Assembly (NCBI GenBank): GCA_038874135.1
Contig: JAVZCZ010000001.1
Span: 640,001-704,000, forward strand
Origin: Candidatus Woesearchaeota archaeon
GTDB taxonomy: Archaea; Nanobdellota; Nanobdellia; Woesearchaeales; 0-14-0-80-44-23
DNA length: 64,000 nucleotides
Direction of reading: 5' to 3'
This document shows positions 27,487 to 37,057 of the stretch, one piece after another (positions within the stretch are counted from its first letter, which is position 1; each line of letters begins with the position of its first letter). A program made the translations under genes and the position numbers. The notes under the pieces were generated by a model. That model searched no databases. It was not told the DNA's origin and was given only the letters and a program-made list of their open reading frames with translations.

Positions 27487-27787
27487 GTAGGGCAGATACC
27501 CGGCTTTCGGAGCAGATGCTCTGAGGAAAGTCCGCCCACCATACAGAGCTGCACGCACAAGCGTGGCCTGGAAACAGGCGGCAACCGCTCAGAAACGAGA
27601 CCTCCTGAGCCAAGGATGAAGCGTGAGAGTGCCCTGGCGACAGGGCTCAGTTAACCCGCAGACGTTCCTCAGGGAAGGGTGAAACGGCGAGCCCCAGCGG
27701 TGCAAGTCCGTTTTTGGACGCTAAGTAGAATGCTGGGAGGGGCATTTCGCAAGATGCCTGACAGAAGGCGGCTTATTTCTGCCCTAC
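27487..27787 (+). ncRNA. rnpB: RNase P RNA
   Basis: P1 GTAGGGCAGA/TCTGCCCTAC; CR-I GAGGAAAGTCC; AGAAAC and GTGAAAC; GGTGCAAG; CR-V ACAGAAGGCGGCTTA. Confidence 0.95.
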
Positions 27788-27790
27788 AAT

Positions 27791-27820
27791 ATATTCCTTC
27801 TTTTTTCAATTCATTTTTTT
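27791..27820 (+). terminator. Oligo-T terminator after rnpB
   Basis: T6 and T7 tracts immediately after P1. Confidence 0.5.
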
Positions 27821-27962
27821 ACTACTTCCTACTCTGTTAAACTCTTATGTTACCGCAAAGTAGAACATTTTTGAAAAGATTTAAATATTGAAAGGTTACA
27901 ATTACACAAAAAAAGGGGTGGAATGTCAGTTAGCACGTTCCAGATGCACCGGAGGTAATAAG

Positions 27963-28790
27963 ATGATAGTAAAGGAAGAGTTTCTCAGCAAACTGCGCCT
28001 GTATTTCTCTCTAAACCTCTATGAAGTCAAGATTTGGACTGCTCTGCTCTCAAGAGGAGTTTCCACAGCAGGAGAGCTCTCAGACATAGCAAATGTTCCG
28101 AGGTCAAGGGCTTACGATGTTCTGGAATCCCTTGAAAAGAAGGGCTTCGTAATAATGAAGTTCGGAAAGCCTATAAAGTATCTTGCAGTCCCTCCAGAAG
28201 AAGTTGTTGAAAGGGTAAAAAAACACATGCAGAGAGAGGCAGAAACAAAGATAAAGCGCCTAAATGACATAAGAAATACTGACATTCTGGATGAGTTAAA
28301 ATCCATTCACAGTCAAGGAATAGAACTGGTAGAACCAACAGACCTCTCAGGTAGCCTAAGGGGAAGGCACAACCTATATAACCACCTTGAGTCAATGATG
28401 CTAGCTGCAGAAAAAACAGTCACGATAATAACGACAACGCAAGGTTTCATAAGAGAAGTTGAAGGATTTAAGCCGGTATTTGAAAAACTCAAAAAGAGAG
28501 GAGTAAAAATAAGAATAGCAGCCCCCCTAACGCAGCAGTGTGCAGCAGCAGTTGAAGAAGCCTCAAAGTATGCTGAAGTGAGGCATACAAAGACAAAGGC
28601 GAGATTCACAATAGTTGATTCAAAAGACATAACCTTTATGGTTATGGATGATGCGGACGTGCACCCCACATATGACATAGGAATCTGGATAAACTCTCCA
28701 TTCTTTGCATCTGCGCTTGAAGAGATGTTTGAACTCGCCTGGAAGGAGATGAAGCCAGCAGAAGAAGTTATAAAATTAAAAACCAAATAA
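27963..28790 (+). CDS. trmB: TrmB-family transcriptional regulator
   Basis: LNLYEVKIW.ALL, VPRSRAYDVLESLEKKGF, KP.KY.AV.P; PLD-like C-terminal domain; GGAGGT RBS before ATG 27963. Confidence 0.9.
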   Translation: MIVKEEFLSKLRLYFSLNLYEVKIWTALLSRGVSTAGELSDIANVPRSRAYDVLESLEKKGFVIMKFGKPIKYLAVPPEEVVERVKKHMQREAETKIKRLNDIRNTDILDELKSIHSQGIELVEPTDLSGSLRGRHNLYNHLESMMLAAEKTVTIITTTQGFIREVEGFKPVFEKLKKRGVKIRIAAPLTQQCAAAVEEASKYAEVRHTKTKARFTIVDSKDITFMVMDDADVHPTYDIGIWINSPFFASALEEMFELAWKEMKPAEEVIKLKTK

Positions 28791-28812
28791 ACTTTCTATT
28801 TTTTTAATTAAT

Positions 28813-30123
28813 CTAATCTAATTCAATCTTCTTCCCACTCTGCCTTTTTATTGTTTCATATGCACTCATTATTAGCTCGCGAACCTTCTTCCTTTCACTT
28901 GGAGAAAGCTTCTCATAATCCATCCTTAAACGCTGATAAATCTTAACTGCTCTTTCAACATTTCTCAACTCAGCTTCCCTGATAGCCCTCTTAGCCCTCA
29001 GCTTAATGATAGAAGTTTTCAAGCCAGCCGACCTAAAAACAAAAATCAGAATAATTGAAGCAACAAAAAATACCACAATAGTTAAAAGCCTCTTCTGCCG
29101 TAAGGCGTCCTCACTCTCAGCATAGGTAATTCCCGACATAGCACTAAGACGGAATTCTCGCATTTCAGAAACATTATCATAAAAGGCATAAACCTTAAAG
29201 GTATACCTCCCCTCGGGAATTTCTGAACAATCCCAAAAGAATTCAACATCTGCGTCTTTAAATATCGTAAGTGAATTTGCCCTTATTTCAGAAATTAGAC
29301 TACCTTTAGAATTCACAACCTCAATTTTCGGCTCAAACTCAACACCCCTATTCCAATTTGAAACATAACTCACAACAATCCTATTTATCTCTCCAGGCTT
29401 GAATCCTGGAACTTCTACCCTAATCGGAACTACTCTCACCTTCCCAATTCGGATAAGGGAATCATACCCTCGCTCTACACCATCGTAATACAGCCACACC
29501 CTTGCAAGATACTCACCCGAAAGATTACCACGGCTCCTACTTATCGTCTTCTCACTTCCAGAAGCAACTCCGCCAATACTCTGATTAATCCTGAAAACCT
29601 CAGAATCGCCATCATAAAGAACAAGAGAAGCATATGCATCCCTAATGTCACTCAGTCCAAGGTTTCTAACTCTTAAAGCAATCTCCCTCTCACTAGAGTT
29701 TATCATCGCAAAGAGAAACTTATCAGACTTCACCACAGTATAAATCTGAGCACTTACAGATACACCGGCATTTATACCTTCTCCTTCAGAAGGCCTGGCT
29801 GAAAACACCACTTCAGTAACATAAGTTCCAGGGCTCAAGCCAGAAGGTAGTTTTACTTCAACATTAACAGGATAGTATTCCTGCTCTGCACTTATCTTGA
29901 AAGAATAGTTGGATATTTTAAAATATTCTGCAAGCTCACCGCTCACAATAGCAGAAACATAAACCGGTACTCTATCCTTATTATACAATCTGAACTGCAA
30001 GTTATTTACAATGCCCGGCTCGTATTCCAGAGTATAATATGCTGGACCAACACCCAATCTCAATGCTTGCACAATTGAAGCTAATGTAAGCACTCCTAAA
30101 ATCCAGATTAAAATTTTTTTCAT
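28813..30123 (-). CDS. Exported multi-Ig protein with C-terminal TM and cytoplasmic helical tail; paralog of 25222-26388
   Basis: Shared G.....EP, SG[DE]LAEY, PG, V.NLG, G.Y.A...L.YDG, RIG, G.IN.....SNWN and IP.G.YT motifs. Confidence 0.7.
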   Translation of the reverse strand: MKKILIWILGVLTLASIVQALRLGVGPAYYTLEYEPGIVNNLQFRLYNKDRVPVYVSAIVSGELAEYFKISNYSFKISAEQEYYPVNVEVKLPSGLSPGTYVTEVVFSARPSEGEGINAGVSVSAQIYTVVKSDKFLFAMINSSEREIALRVRNLGLSDIRDAYASLVLYDGDSEVFRINQSIGGVASGSEKTISRSRGNLSGEYLARVWLYYDGVERGYDSLIRIGKVRVVPIRVEVPGFKPGEINRIVVSYVSNWNRGVEFEPKIEVVNSKGSLISEIRANSLTIFKDADVEFFWDCSEIPEGRYTFKVYAFYDNVSEMREFRLSAMSGITYAESEDALRQKRLLTIVVFFVASIILIFVFRSAGLKTSIIKLRAKRAIREAELRNVERAVKIYQRLRMDYEKLSPSERKKVRELIMSAYETIKRQSGKKIELD

Positions 30124-30124
30124 C

Positions 30125-33100
30125 TCAACTCGCCATAATATAGATCGTAGCATTCTTAGTAGCAGGAGGCTCCGCGCTTGGAACTTCCACTCTTATGTCA
30201 ATCCTCGCTTCATCCGCATAGTCCAGATATCCTAAATCAATAATTGAAAGAGTTGAAATGTTAGTCATGTTAGTCCAGGATGTCCGCGAGTTTCTCCAGT
30301 CAAAAGCATAATATTCTCCGCTAATATTTCCTATCCTGAACTGATAATAGCTAGTGTTAAGAGGCACTGAACTCCAGAGGGCTGTAGAGTTTATACTTAT
30401 ATTCACAGGAATGTTACCATTATTTCTAATTTTTATAGGCTGAGGACTATTATCTAAGGTGTCTTCTATTGCTCCAGGATTTAAATTTCCGAAAGAGACA
30501 TTTGCAACATAGATTTCAATATCCCTATAAGGCTCTATTGAGAAGTTCCAAGTATCACTCCACTCTCCATAGTCAAAGCTGTCAAACGCCCTAACCTTCC
30601 AGAAGTACGAAGTTGAGAGGTTAAGCTGGCCCGGATAGGTGTAGCTTGTTAAATTCGTATCAGTGATTATTAATGGAGAGGAGAAGTCAGCATTGTCATC
30701 TACCACGAGAGAATATGTTATCTTATCTGATTCTGGGTCAATGGCGGCATTCCAGACGAAAGTCATATTTCGGTCATGCTCTGTTCCGCTGTTATTCAAT
30801 GGGCTTGTAAGGTTAACTTTTGAAGGAGGAGTGTTGTTACTCCTAATTTCAATGTATGTGGGTAGGGTTTGATTGTATCCCGTTTGAGAATAATTCAGAG
30901 ATTCAAATATTACAAAGAATTCGTACTTGCTACCCTTAGTGCCAGTTGCGTTTACATACCAAGTTACATTGCAGCTCTGCTGGTCATAAATACTGCCCAA
31001 GCAGCTTAAATCGCTGCTCAGCAGAGGATTTGAAGTGTTGGTCCAGAACGGGATTGTTCCAGGAATAGTTGAAATTATCCCTTTTGAGGATAACACTAAG
31101 AACTCGTGACTGGCGTACCCGCCGATGTTTCCAGCATTGTCAAACGCCTTAACATAGAATGTGTGATTCCCCGACGGAAGCGTTTCGTTCATGTAATACA
31201 AACTAGTTGTATTTCTACCACCCACTTCAGGCGCACTATCATCAATAGCGTAGTAATAGCCAGCCACCCCGCTCACATCATCATATGAAGCACTCCAGTT
31301 AAATGTTCTGTTGCTCACAAAGCTCCACCCTTCAATTGAGTCCGTAAGATTCTGAGGTATGGATGGCGGAGTCCAGTCAATGCTGAAATTTACTGAAATA
31401 GTGTTTGAATTATTAACATTATCATACGCTCTCAGCTCAACAACACAGCCGTACTGCATCTCAACATTACAGTCCATTCCTAAGCCAACGCTTATTCCTA
31501 AAACATCGTTGCAGTTCCTTACAGTCCAGCCCTTAGTTTGAGTTCCATTGCTCAAAACCCTGTAGTAGCATGCCTTGAGCCCTGAAACAGAATCGGAATC
31601 TGAGATGTTAATCTGGAAGTTAGAATTCTTCCAGGAGCCCGCAGCTGGAGAGTTAAGAACTATTTGAGGTGCAGTTACATCTCTAACTAAGGTAAACTGA
31701 GTTGTATTCATATTTCCAGCATTATCATAACAGGTTATTGTGCCGCTTCCATTAAAGGTGCTGGAAGTGCTAAAATTATAAGCGCCAACATCCTGAGAGG
31801 CATATGGTGAAGAAGTATCATTCCCATACCCGGCAATTGTAGAAAGCTGAGGGAAATTTACAGCCGCAATCCCGTTGGAATCACCAGCACTCACAGAAAT
31901 GTTAATGCTTCCAGAGCCAGCAGGGCTATAATATGTAGTGTTTCCAACAACATATGCATAATCAGAAGTTTTAGAAATTTCTGTAATCACGCAATAAGGT
32001 ATTGAATAGTCTATTTTGATTGTTTTGCTTTGGGTTGTTTCTGTGTTTCCGGCGTTGTCTGTGCTGTTGTATCTTATGTATGTTGTTCCCTGGGTGTTTA
32101 TTTGTATTGGTGCGGTGTATGTTGTGGTTGGCGTGCAGGTGTTTGTTGTGTCTGTGCAGTATTGTGTGAGTGAGCATCCTGAGCCTGAGGCGTCGTTGCA
32201 TGTTAGTGTTACGTTTACGTATGGGCTTTTTGTCCAGGTGTTGAAGGTGTAGCTTGCTCCGGTGCTGTTTACTGCTGTTGCCGTGGTTGTCGGCGGTGTT
32301 GTGTCTATTTTGATTGTTTTGCTTTGGGTTGTTTCTGTGTTTCCGGCGTTGTCTGTGCTGTTGTATCTTATGTATGTTGTTCCCTGGGTGTTTATTTGTA
32401 TTGGTGCGGTGTATGTTGTGGTTGGCGTGCAGGTGTTTGTTGTGTCTGTGCAGTATTGTGTCAACGCGCAGGTGCCCCCTCCGCTGTCTGTGCAGTTCAA
32501 AGTAACATTTACATAAAGGCTTTTAGTCCAAGTATTGAAAGTATAAATTGTTGAAGAGTTAGTTATTGCAGTAGCATTAGTAAAGGGAGCATTTGCATCA
32601 TAAGTAAATGTTGTGTTTATAACTGCTGAAGTTTTTATCTGTCCACAAGCGTCTGCAGAATTTTCTAATGCTCTAAGGTATATCGTGCAGGTGCCTGTAA
32701 CTGTGCAGGCTGTAGATGCTACGAACTGGCAGCTGGCTTGGCTGCCGCTGCTTACTTGTGTTGAGTTGCACAGGGTCTGTGTGCATGCTGAGTCCTTACA
32801 AACTTGAAGTTTCATTGCGTCAGCATTCGGGTCTGTAATTGTGGCTGTGGCGTTTACTATAGTGTTTGGTCCCGCGCAGCTGGGCGTTGCTGATGGACTT
32901 GCAGGAGTGTTTGGTGGGGCGTTTGTTGAAGTGCTCGTCCACCCAGTGGCTGTACAGCTTACTCCAGTATAGCACGTCTGGCTTGTGGAATTGTAACAAA
33001 ATCCTGAGTTGCAGTTTCCTCCAGTGCATGTGCATAGTGTTGTATTTACTACTGTACTTGTGCTTCCACTTGCCCCTCCAGAGGTGCATGCTACATTATA

Positions 33101-36100
33101 ACAGCAGGTGTCTATGTTGCCTGAGTTGCAGGTACTGCTGTCTGCTCCCTTGCAGTAAGTGTTAGGGCTTGCGCACATGGTTGTGCTGCTTGGACATCCC
33201 GTTCCAGTGTAGTAGCAGGTTGTTAGAGTCCAGCACTTTCCACTTGGTCCTGTTCCCGCACAGGTGCTTACATATTCTATTGGGTATCTGCTAGTTGTAC
33301 TGCTGTATGCTGTTTCTACACTCTGATTGTTTCTAGCCTTTACCCTGTAGGTGTATTGTGAGAAGCAGTTTAGTCCAGAATCTATGTAACTCATCGCAGT
33401 TGTCCATCCAGAGTCTGTTGCTCCAGCATTGTATGATGTTTCGTTAGCATAGTATTGAGGGTTGTTATATGCACATACTGCTGTCCAGCTTACATTTAAA
33501 CTTGTTGTGCTTGTTGGAGTTACTGTCGGCGCACTGGGTCCATTTACGAGCGTGTATGTACAGCTTGTTGCTGAGGCTGTTCCAATATTATTTAAAGAAT
33601 CTCTCGTTTGGGCGGTGTAGCAGTATTGCGTGTTACAATTTAACCCAGTATCAGCCCATGTTGGGCTGGTCTGCCATCCGCTGCTAGCTGTTGTTGGACT
33701 TGTTCTATTTATTTGATAGTATACCGTAGCTGAGCATCCCGTATCTGTAGCTGTTGTGGCTGTTATGTTTATTTGTGAGCTTGAGATTGGTGTTGTGCTG
33801 CTTATTGTTGCCGGGTTCGGAGTAGGCGAGCTGACATCAATGCTCAACACAGAGCAAGAACTCCAACTTCCCCAATTATTGTAAACATCCTTCGCTTTGA
33901 CCCTCCACGAATATGTGCCTGTTGATAGAGCGCTGGGAGTCCAGCTATTTGAGGAAGGCGTTCCTGTTTGAAGAGCAGTTCCGCTGCAGTCAGAAGTTGA
34001 GTAAATCTCAACCTGATAGCCAGCAACAGAAGAACAGCCAACATCTGAAGGAGCACTCCAAGACAAAGTGGGAGTTGAAGAGCCATTACAATTACCAGAA
34101 CTTGGCAGCAAGCCCGTAGGAGCATTAGGACCTGCAAAGTCAATGTAATAAATGTTTGAACTCTTCAAAGATTCAGCATTGCTAACATTATCTATTGAAT
34201 AAGTGCATATCTTCTTAGCGCAGTAGCTACCAGGCGGGCACCCTACCAAAAATTGTGAAGAGTACAAACTCATCCCACTTATATCGCACGCTGTTCCAGA
34301 ATCAACAATCTTATACCAGGTTGAACTGCATCCAGAACCAGAACCGTCACTGCAAGAAAGTGTGACTGAAACGTTTGAATTGTTACAAGCTTGTCCATTA
34401 GGATTAATAGTTGTTGTTGGAGCCTGTGCATCAATATAAATTGTTGAACTCTTAGTAGTTTCAACATTAAAAGCATTATCAGTGCTGTTATACCTAACAT
34501 AACCCACGCACACACTTCCCGCAGCGCACTGGAATAAGATGGGAGTGCTAAGCGAAGATGGAGTGCAGGAGTTTGTCCAGTCACCACAAGCGTGAGTAGC
34601 CAAGCAGCCACTCAAAGCATCCGTACAGTTAAAACCATTCACACTAACATTCAAACTAGTCCAAGTGCCAATAATATAACTGCTTGAATCAGACTTAGTA
34701 ATATTAGAAATACTTGTTGTTGGAGCTGTTGTGTCACTTCCAACAATTAGTGTTCTCATCTCTGTTTGATTTACATTTCCAGCCAAATCTTGAGCATAAG
34801 CAATGTAGGTATATGTTCCCGTGGGGAGTAGTGTAAAGTTGTGATATAATCTATAAATCCCTGCATTGTAGGAAGTAGCTATCTCCTCAGCACTAAGCGC
34901 CCTATTGTAAATGCGGACTTCATCAATTGTGCCTTTTAAGTAATAAGTTGAATATTTACCAATAATTAAATTTAAATTGTTCACACCTATATTGCCAGTT
35001 GCTGATAAAGCTGATCCAGTAGGAGTGCCATCTAACCATAATCTAACTGCACTTCCATTATAAACCATCGCAACATGATGCCATGAATTGGGAGATACTG
35101 AACCACCGTCAGACACTTCTTTCCAACCACTTATATTAACTCCTCCTTTTAAGGTTCCACTGCTGGTGACATATAACCAATACACAGAATCTGCTGCTAA
35201 ATTTCCTTTTTCAATTATCATTTGTGTAGTTGTTGGAGTTGCTGCGAGGTTGATCCATGCTTCAAGAGTAATAGCATTTGTAATGTTTAAACTTTTATCA
35301 GTTGGGACGGTTATATAGTCATCTATCCCGTCAAATGTTAATGCGCTTCCGAATTTTCCGGCTGTCGTAATATTTGGGCAGCTAGTTCCAGAACATGTTG
35401 CATTGTTGCCGTAAATGCTCCAATCTTTAAAGAATGTGCTGTTTTCTTCACTCTCTTGATTGAATCTCCACCACCCAACCAGGCTGCTATTCCAATCAAT
35501 AAGTCCTGTTGTGTTGTAAGCGTCACTTATACTAACATTTACGAAACTCCAATTCTTGTATGTAAATGTTCCATTCGCATCAGTTTGTCCTTGAAATGAA
35601 ATAGCAGGTTTCACATTATCTATTGTAATAATTCTTGTTTCGCTTTGTCCTGCGTTTGCTACTGAGTCGTTTGCCCAGCCGTAATAGGAATAGGTTCCCT
35701 GTGTTAGGTTTGTTATGTTGTTGTAGAATCTCCATTCTGTTGAGCTGTATTTTGCAAATTCTGACTGGTAGTGCATTAGTATTTCTTGTGGAGATAGTGC
35801 TCGTTTGTAAATGCGGACTTCATCTATTGATCCATTAAAGAAGTAGGAGGAGTTCGTTAATGTTCCTATTTTTAGTGTGTCTGTTGTTGCGTAGGGTGTT
35901 GATGTTGCACTGGTGTAAGCTAGAAAACCACTTTTGTTTTGCCCATTTACATATAACTCAAGGTTGTCATTCCCTTTAATAATTCCTACAACGTGTACCC
36001 ACTGATTTTTTGGAAAGTCTGTAGTTCTGAATTCATCCCACCCAGCTCCATCTCCGTATGCAACGCTTAGCATCGCGCTATTGTTCATAATTCCTAAGAA

Positions 36101-37057
36101 ATAGTTTTTCTGAGCCCAAGTGCCAGGACCTTTTTGAACAAAAGCAGTGCCTCCACCTAGTTGAGTTGTATTTATGTACACCCAAGCTTCTATAGTGATT
36201 GGAAATGTAGTTATTTGAAGAGATGTGCTGTGAGGTATCATAACCCAGTCATCTACTCCGTCAAATGTAATTCCCTTTCCAAAACGTCCTGTAGTATATT
36301 GAGGGGGCCTATTTCCATCTGCATTACTAGTATTTGCATCATACATTGTTCCGTTGTTTCCATATTTTGATATGTCTACTGCTGTTGTGGCGCTGTCTCC
36401 TATTGCAGAATTGTTGTTGAAGTTTAATGCTAGTACTAGTGAATCGTCGTAGAAGGTGTAGTTTGTGCCGTTCCAGTTGAATTTGAAGGAGTCTAGTCCT
36501 GCTCCGCTTTCTACTATTGTTATATTTATTTGTGTGTAGTTATTGGGGGTGTATGTGTTGTTTGCTGGGGTTGGATAATAAAATGTTAATGTAGGAGCTG
36601 TTATGTCTCTGTATACGTAAAGTGTTGTTGTTCCTGTTGAGCCCCAGTAGGAGTAGCAGGTTATTGTGGCTGAGCTGCTGTAAGTGCTGCTCGTTGTCCA
36701 AGTGTAGGTCCAACTGTAGGGATAGCTTGTATCACTTCCTCCAGTGGATACTGTGCTTGGAAAACTCACACTTGATATGCCGTTAGGATCATTAGTGCTT
36801 GCAACCACATTTACTGTGAATGTTCCTCCTGCTATTGTGTTGTAATATTCGTATGGGGCTGAAGCATATTGGTATTGGGGGTTTGTTCCTTCGGTTATTG
36901 ATTGTATTGAACATGTTACTGTGTAAGCAAATGCTTTGAAGCCGTAGGCTTTTCCGTCTTCTTTAGGATTAACTCCGTATATTAGGAAGGTTATGGTGAG
37001 TATCAGCGCTATTATTTCCAGCGTTTTTCTCATTCCGGGTTGTATTCTCGTTTTCAT
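30125..37057 (-). CDS. Giant surface adhesin: two LamG domains, Ig/FN3-like repeats, Cys-rich region, C-terminal subunit-like domain
   Basis: N-terminal TM; two LamG motifs (FDG.DD, W.HV, G.IDEVRIY.RALS); repeated D.AGN Ig ends; many N-x-S/T sequons. Confidence 0.85.
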   Translation of the reverse strand: MKTRIQPGMRKTLEIIALILTITFLIYGVNPKEDGKAYGFKAFAYTVTCSIQSITEGTNPQYQYASAPYEYYNTIAGGTFTVNVVASTNDPNGISSVSFPSTVSTGGSDTSYPYSWTYTWTTSSTYSSSATITCYSYWGSTGTTTLYVYRDITAPTLTFYYPTPANNTYTPNNYTQINITIVESGAGLDSFKFNWNGTNYTFYDDSLVLALNFNNNSAIGDSATTAVDISKYGNNGTMYDANTSNADGNRPPQYTTGRFGKGITFDGVDDWVMIPHSTSLQITTFPITIEAWVYINTTQLGGGTAFVQKGPGTWAQKNYFLGIMNNSAMLSVAYGDGAGWDEFRTTDFPKNQWVHVVGIIKGNDNLELYVNGQNKSGFLAYTSATSTPYATTDTLKIGTLTNSSYFFNGSIDEVRIYKRALSPQEILMHYQSEFAKYSSTEWRFYNNITNLTQGTYSYYGWANDSVANAGQSETRIITIDNVKPAISFQGQTDANGTFTYKNWSFVNVSISDAYNTTGLIDWNSSLVGWWRFNQESEENSTFFKDWSIYGNNATCSGTSCPNITTAGKFGSALTFDGIDDYITVPTDKSLNITNAITLEAWINLAATPTTTQMIIEKGNLAADSVYWLYVTSSGTLKGGVNISGWKEVSDGGSVSPNSWHHVAMVYNGSAVRLWLDGTPTGSALSATGNIGVNNLNLIIGKYSTYYLKGTIDEVRIYNRALSAEEIATSYNAGIYRLYHNFTLLPTGTYTYIAYAQDLAGNVNQTEMRTLIVGSDTTAPTTSISNITKSDSSSYIIGTWTSLNVSVNGFNCTDALSGCLATHACGDWTNSCTPSSLSTPILFQCAAGSVCVGYVRYNSTDNAFNVETTKSSTIYIDAQAPTTTINPNGQACNNSNVSVTLSCSDGSGSGCSSTWYKIVDSGTACDISGMSLYSSQFLVGCPPGSYCAKKICTYSIDNVSNAESLKSSNIYYIDFAGPNAPTGLLPSSGNCNGSSTPTLSWSAPSDVGCSSVAGYQVEIYSTSDCSGTALQTGTPSSNSWTPSALSTGTYSWRVKAKDVYNNWGSWSSCSVLSIDVSSPTPNPATISSTTPISSSQINITATTATDTGCSATVYYQINRTSPTTASSGWQTSPTWADTGLNCNTQYCYTAQTRDSLNNIGTASATSCTYTLVNGPSAPTVTPTSTTSLNVSWTAVCAYNNPQYYANETSYNAGATDSGWTTAMSYIDSGLNCFSQYTYRVKARNNQSVETAYSSTTSRYPIEYVSTCAGTGPSGKCWTLTTCYYTGTGCPSSTTMCASPNTYCKGADSSTCNSGNIDTCCYNVACTSGGASGSTSTVVNTTLCTCTGGNCNSGFCYNSTSQTCYTGVSCTATGWTSTSTNAPPNTPASPSATPSCAGPNTIVNATATITDPNADAMKLQVCKDSACTQTLCNSTQVSSGSQASCQFVASTACTVTGTCTIYLRALENSADACGQIKTSAVINTTFTYDANAPFTNATAITNSSTIYTFNTWTKSLYVNVTLNCTDSGGGTCALTQYCTDTTNTCTPTTTYTAPIQINTQGTTYIRYNSTDNAGNTETTQSKTIKIDTTPPTTTATAVNSTGASYTFNTWTKSPYVNVTLTCNDASGSGCSLTQYCTDTTNTCTPTTTYTAPIQINTQGTTYIRYNSTDNAGNTETTQSKTIKIDYSIPYCVITEISKTSDYAYVVGNTTYYSPAGSGSINISVSAGDSNGIAAVNFPQLSTIAGYGNDTSSPYASQDVGAYNFSTSSTFNGSGTITCYDNAGNMNTTQFTLVRDVTAPQIVLNSPAAGSWKNSNFQINISDSDSVSGLKACYYRVLSNGTQTKGWTVRNCNDVLGISVGLGMDCNVEMQYGCVVELRAYDNVNNSNTISVNFSIDWTPPSIPQNLTDSIEGWSFVSNRTFNWSASYDDVSGVAGYYYAIDDSAPEVGGRNTTSLYYMNETLPSGNHTFYVKAFDNAGNIGGYASHEFLVLSSKGIISTIPGTIPFWTNTSNPLLSSDLSCLGSIYDQQSCNVTWYVNATGTKGSKYEFFVIFESLNYSQTGYNQTLPTYIEIRSNNTPPSKVNLTSPLNNSGTEHDRNMTFVWNAAIDPESDKITYSLVVDDNADFSSPLIITDTNLTSYTYPGQLNLSTSYFWKVRAFDSFDYGEWSDTWNFSIEPYRDIEIYVANVSFGNLNPGAIEDTLDNSPQPIKIRNNGNIPVNISINSTALWSSVPLNTSYYQFRIGNISGEYYAFDWRNSRTSWTNMTNISTLSIIDLGYLDYADEARIDIRVEVPSAEPPATKNATIYIMAS
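32009..32461. repeat. Exact 159-bp intragenic direct repeat (32009-32167 and 32303-32461)
   Basis: Identical copies at 294-bp offset encoding TQYCTDTTNTC...KTIKID. Confidence 0.9.

Noticed and set aside
27367-27558. 136-aa ORF extension overlapping rnpB
   Set aside because: It runs through the promoter and RNase P RNA; the RBS supports ATG 27366
27900-27960. ORB-like words (AAAAGGGGT, GTTCCAGATG) before trmB
   Set aside because: Weak partial matches, not repeated; GGAGGT is explained as the RBS
32009-32461. DGR template/variable repeat pair
   Set aside because: Copies are identical with no adenine-specific mismatches, both are in-frame, and no reverse transcriptase is in the window
31971-33687. 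Val/Cys-rich alternative-frame ORFs within the adhesin
   Set aside because: Artefacts of the strong strand compositional skew of Thr/Asn-rich codons
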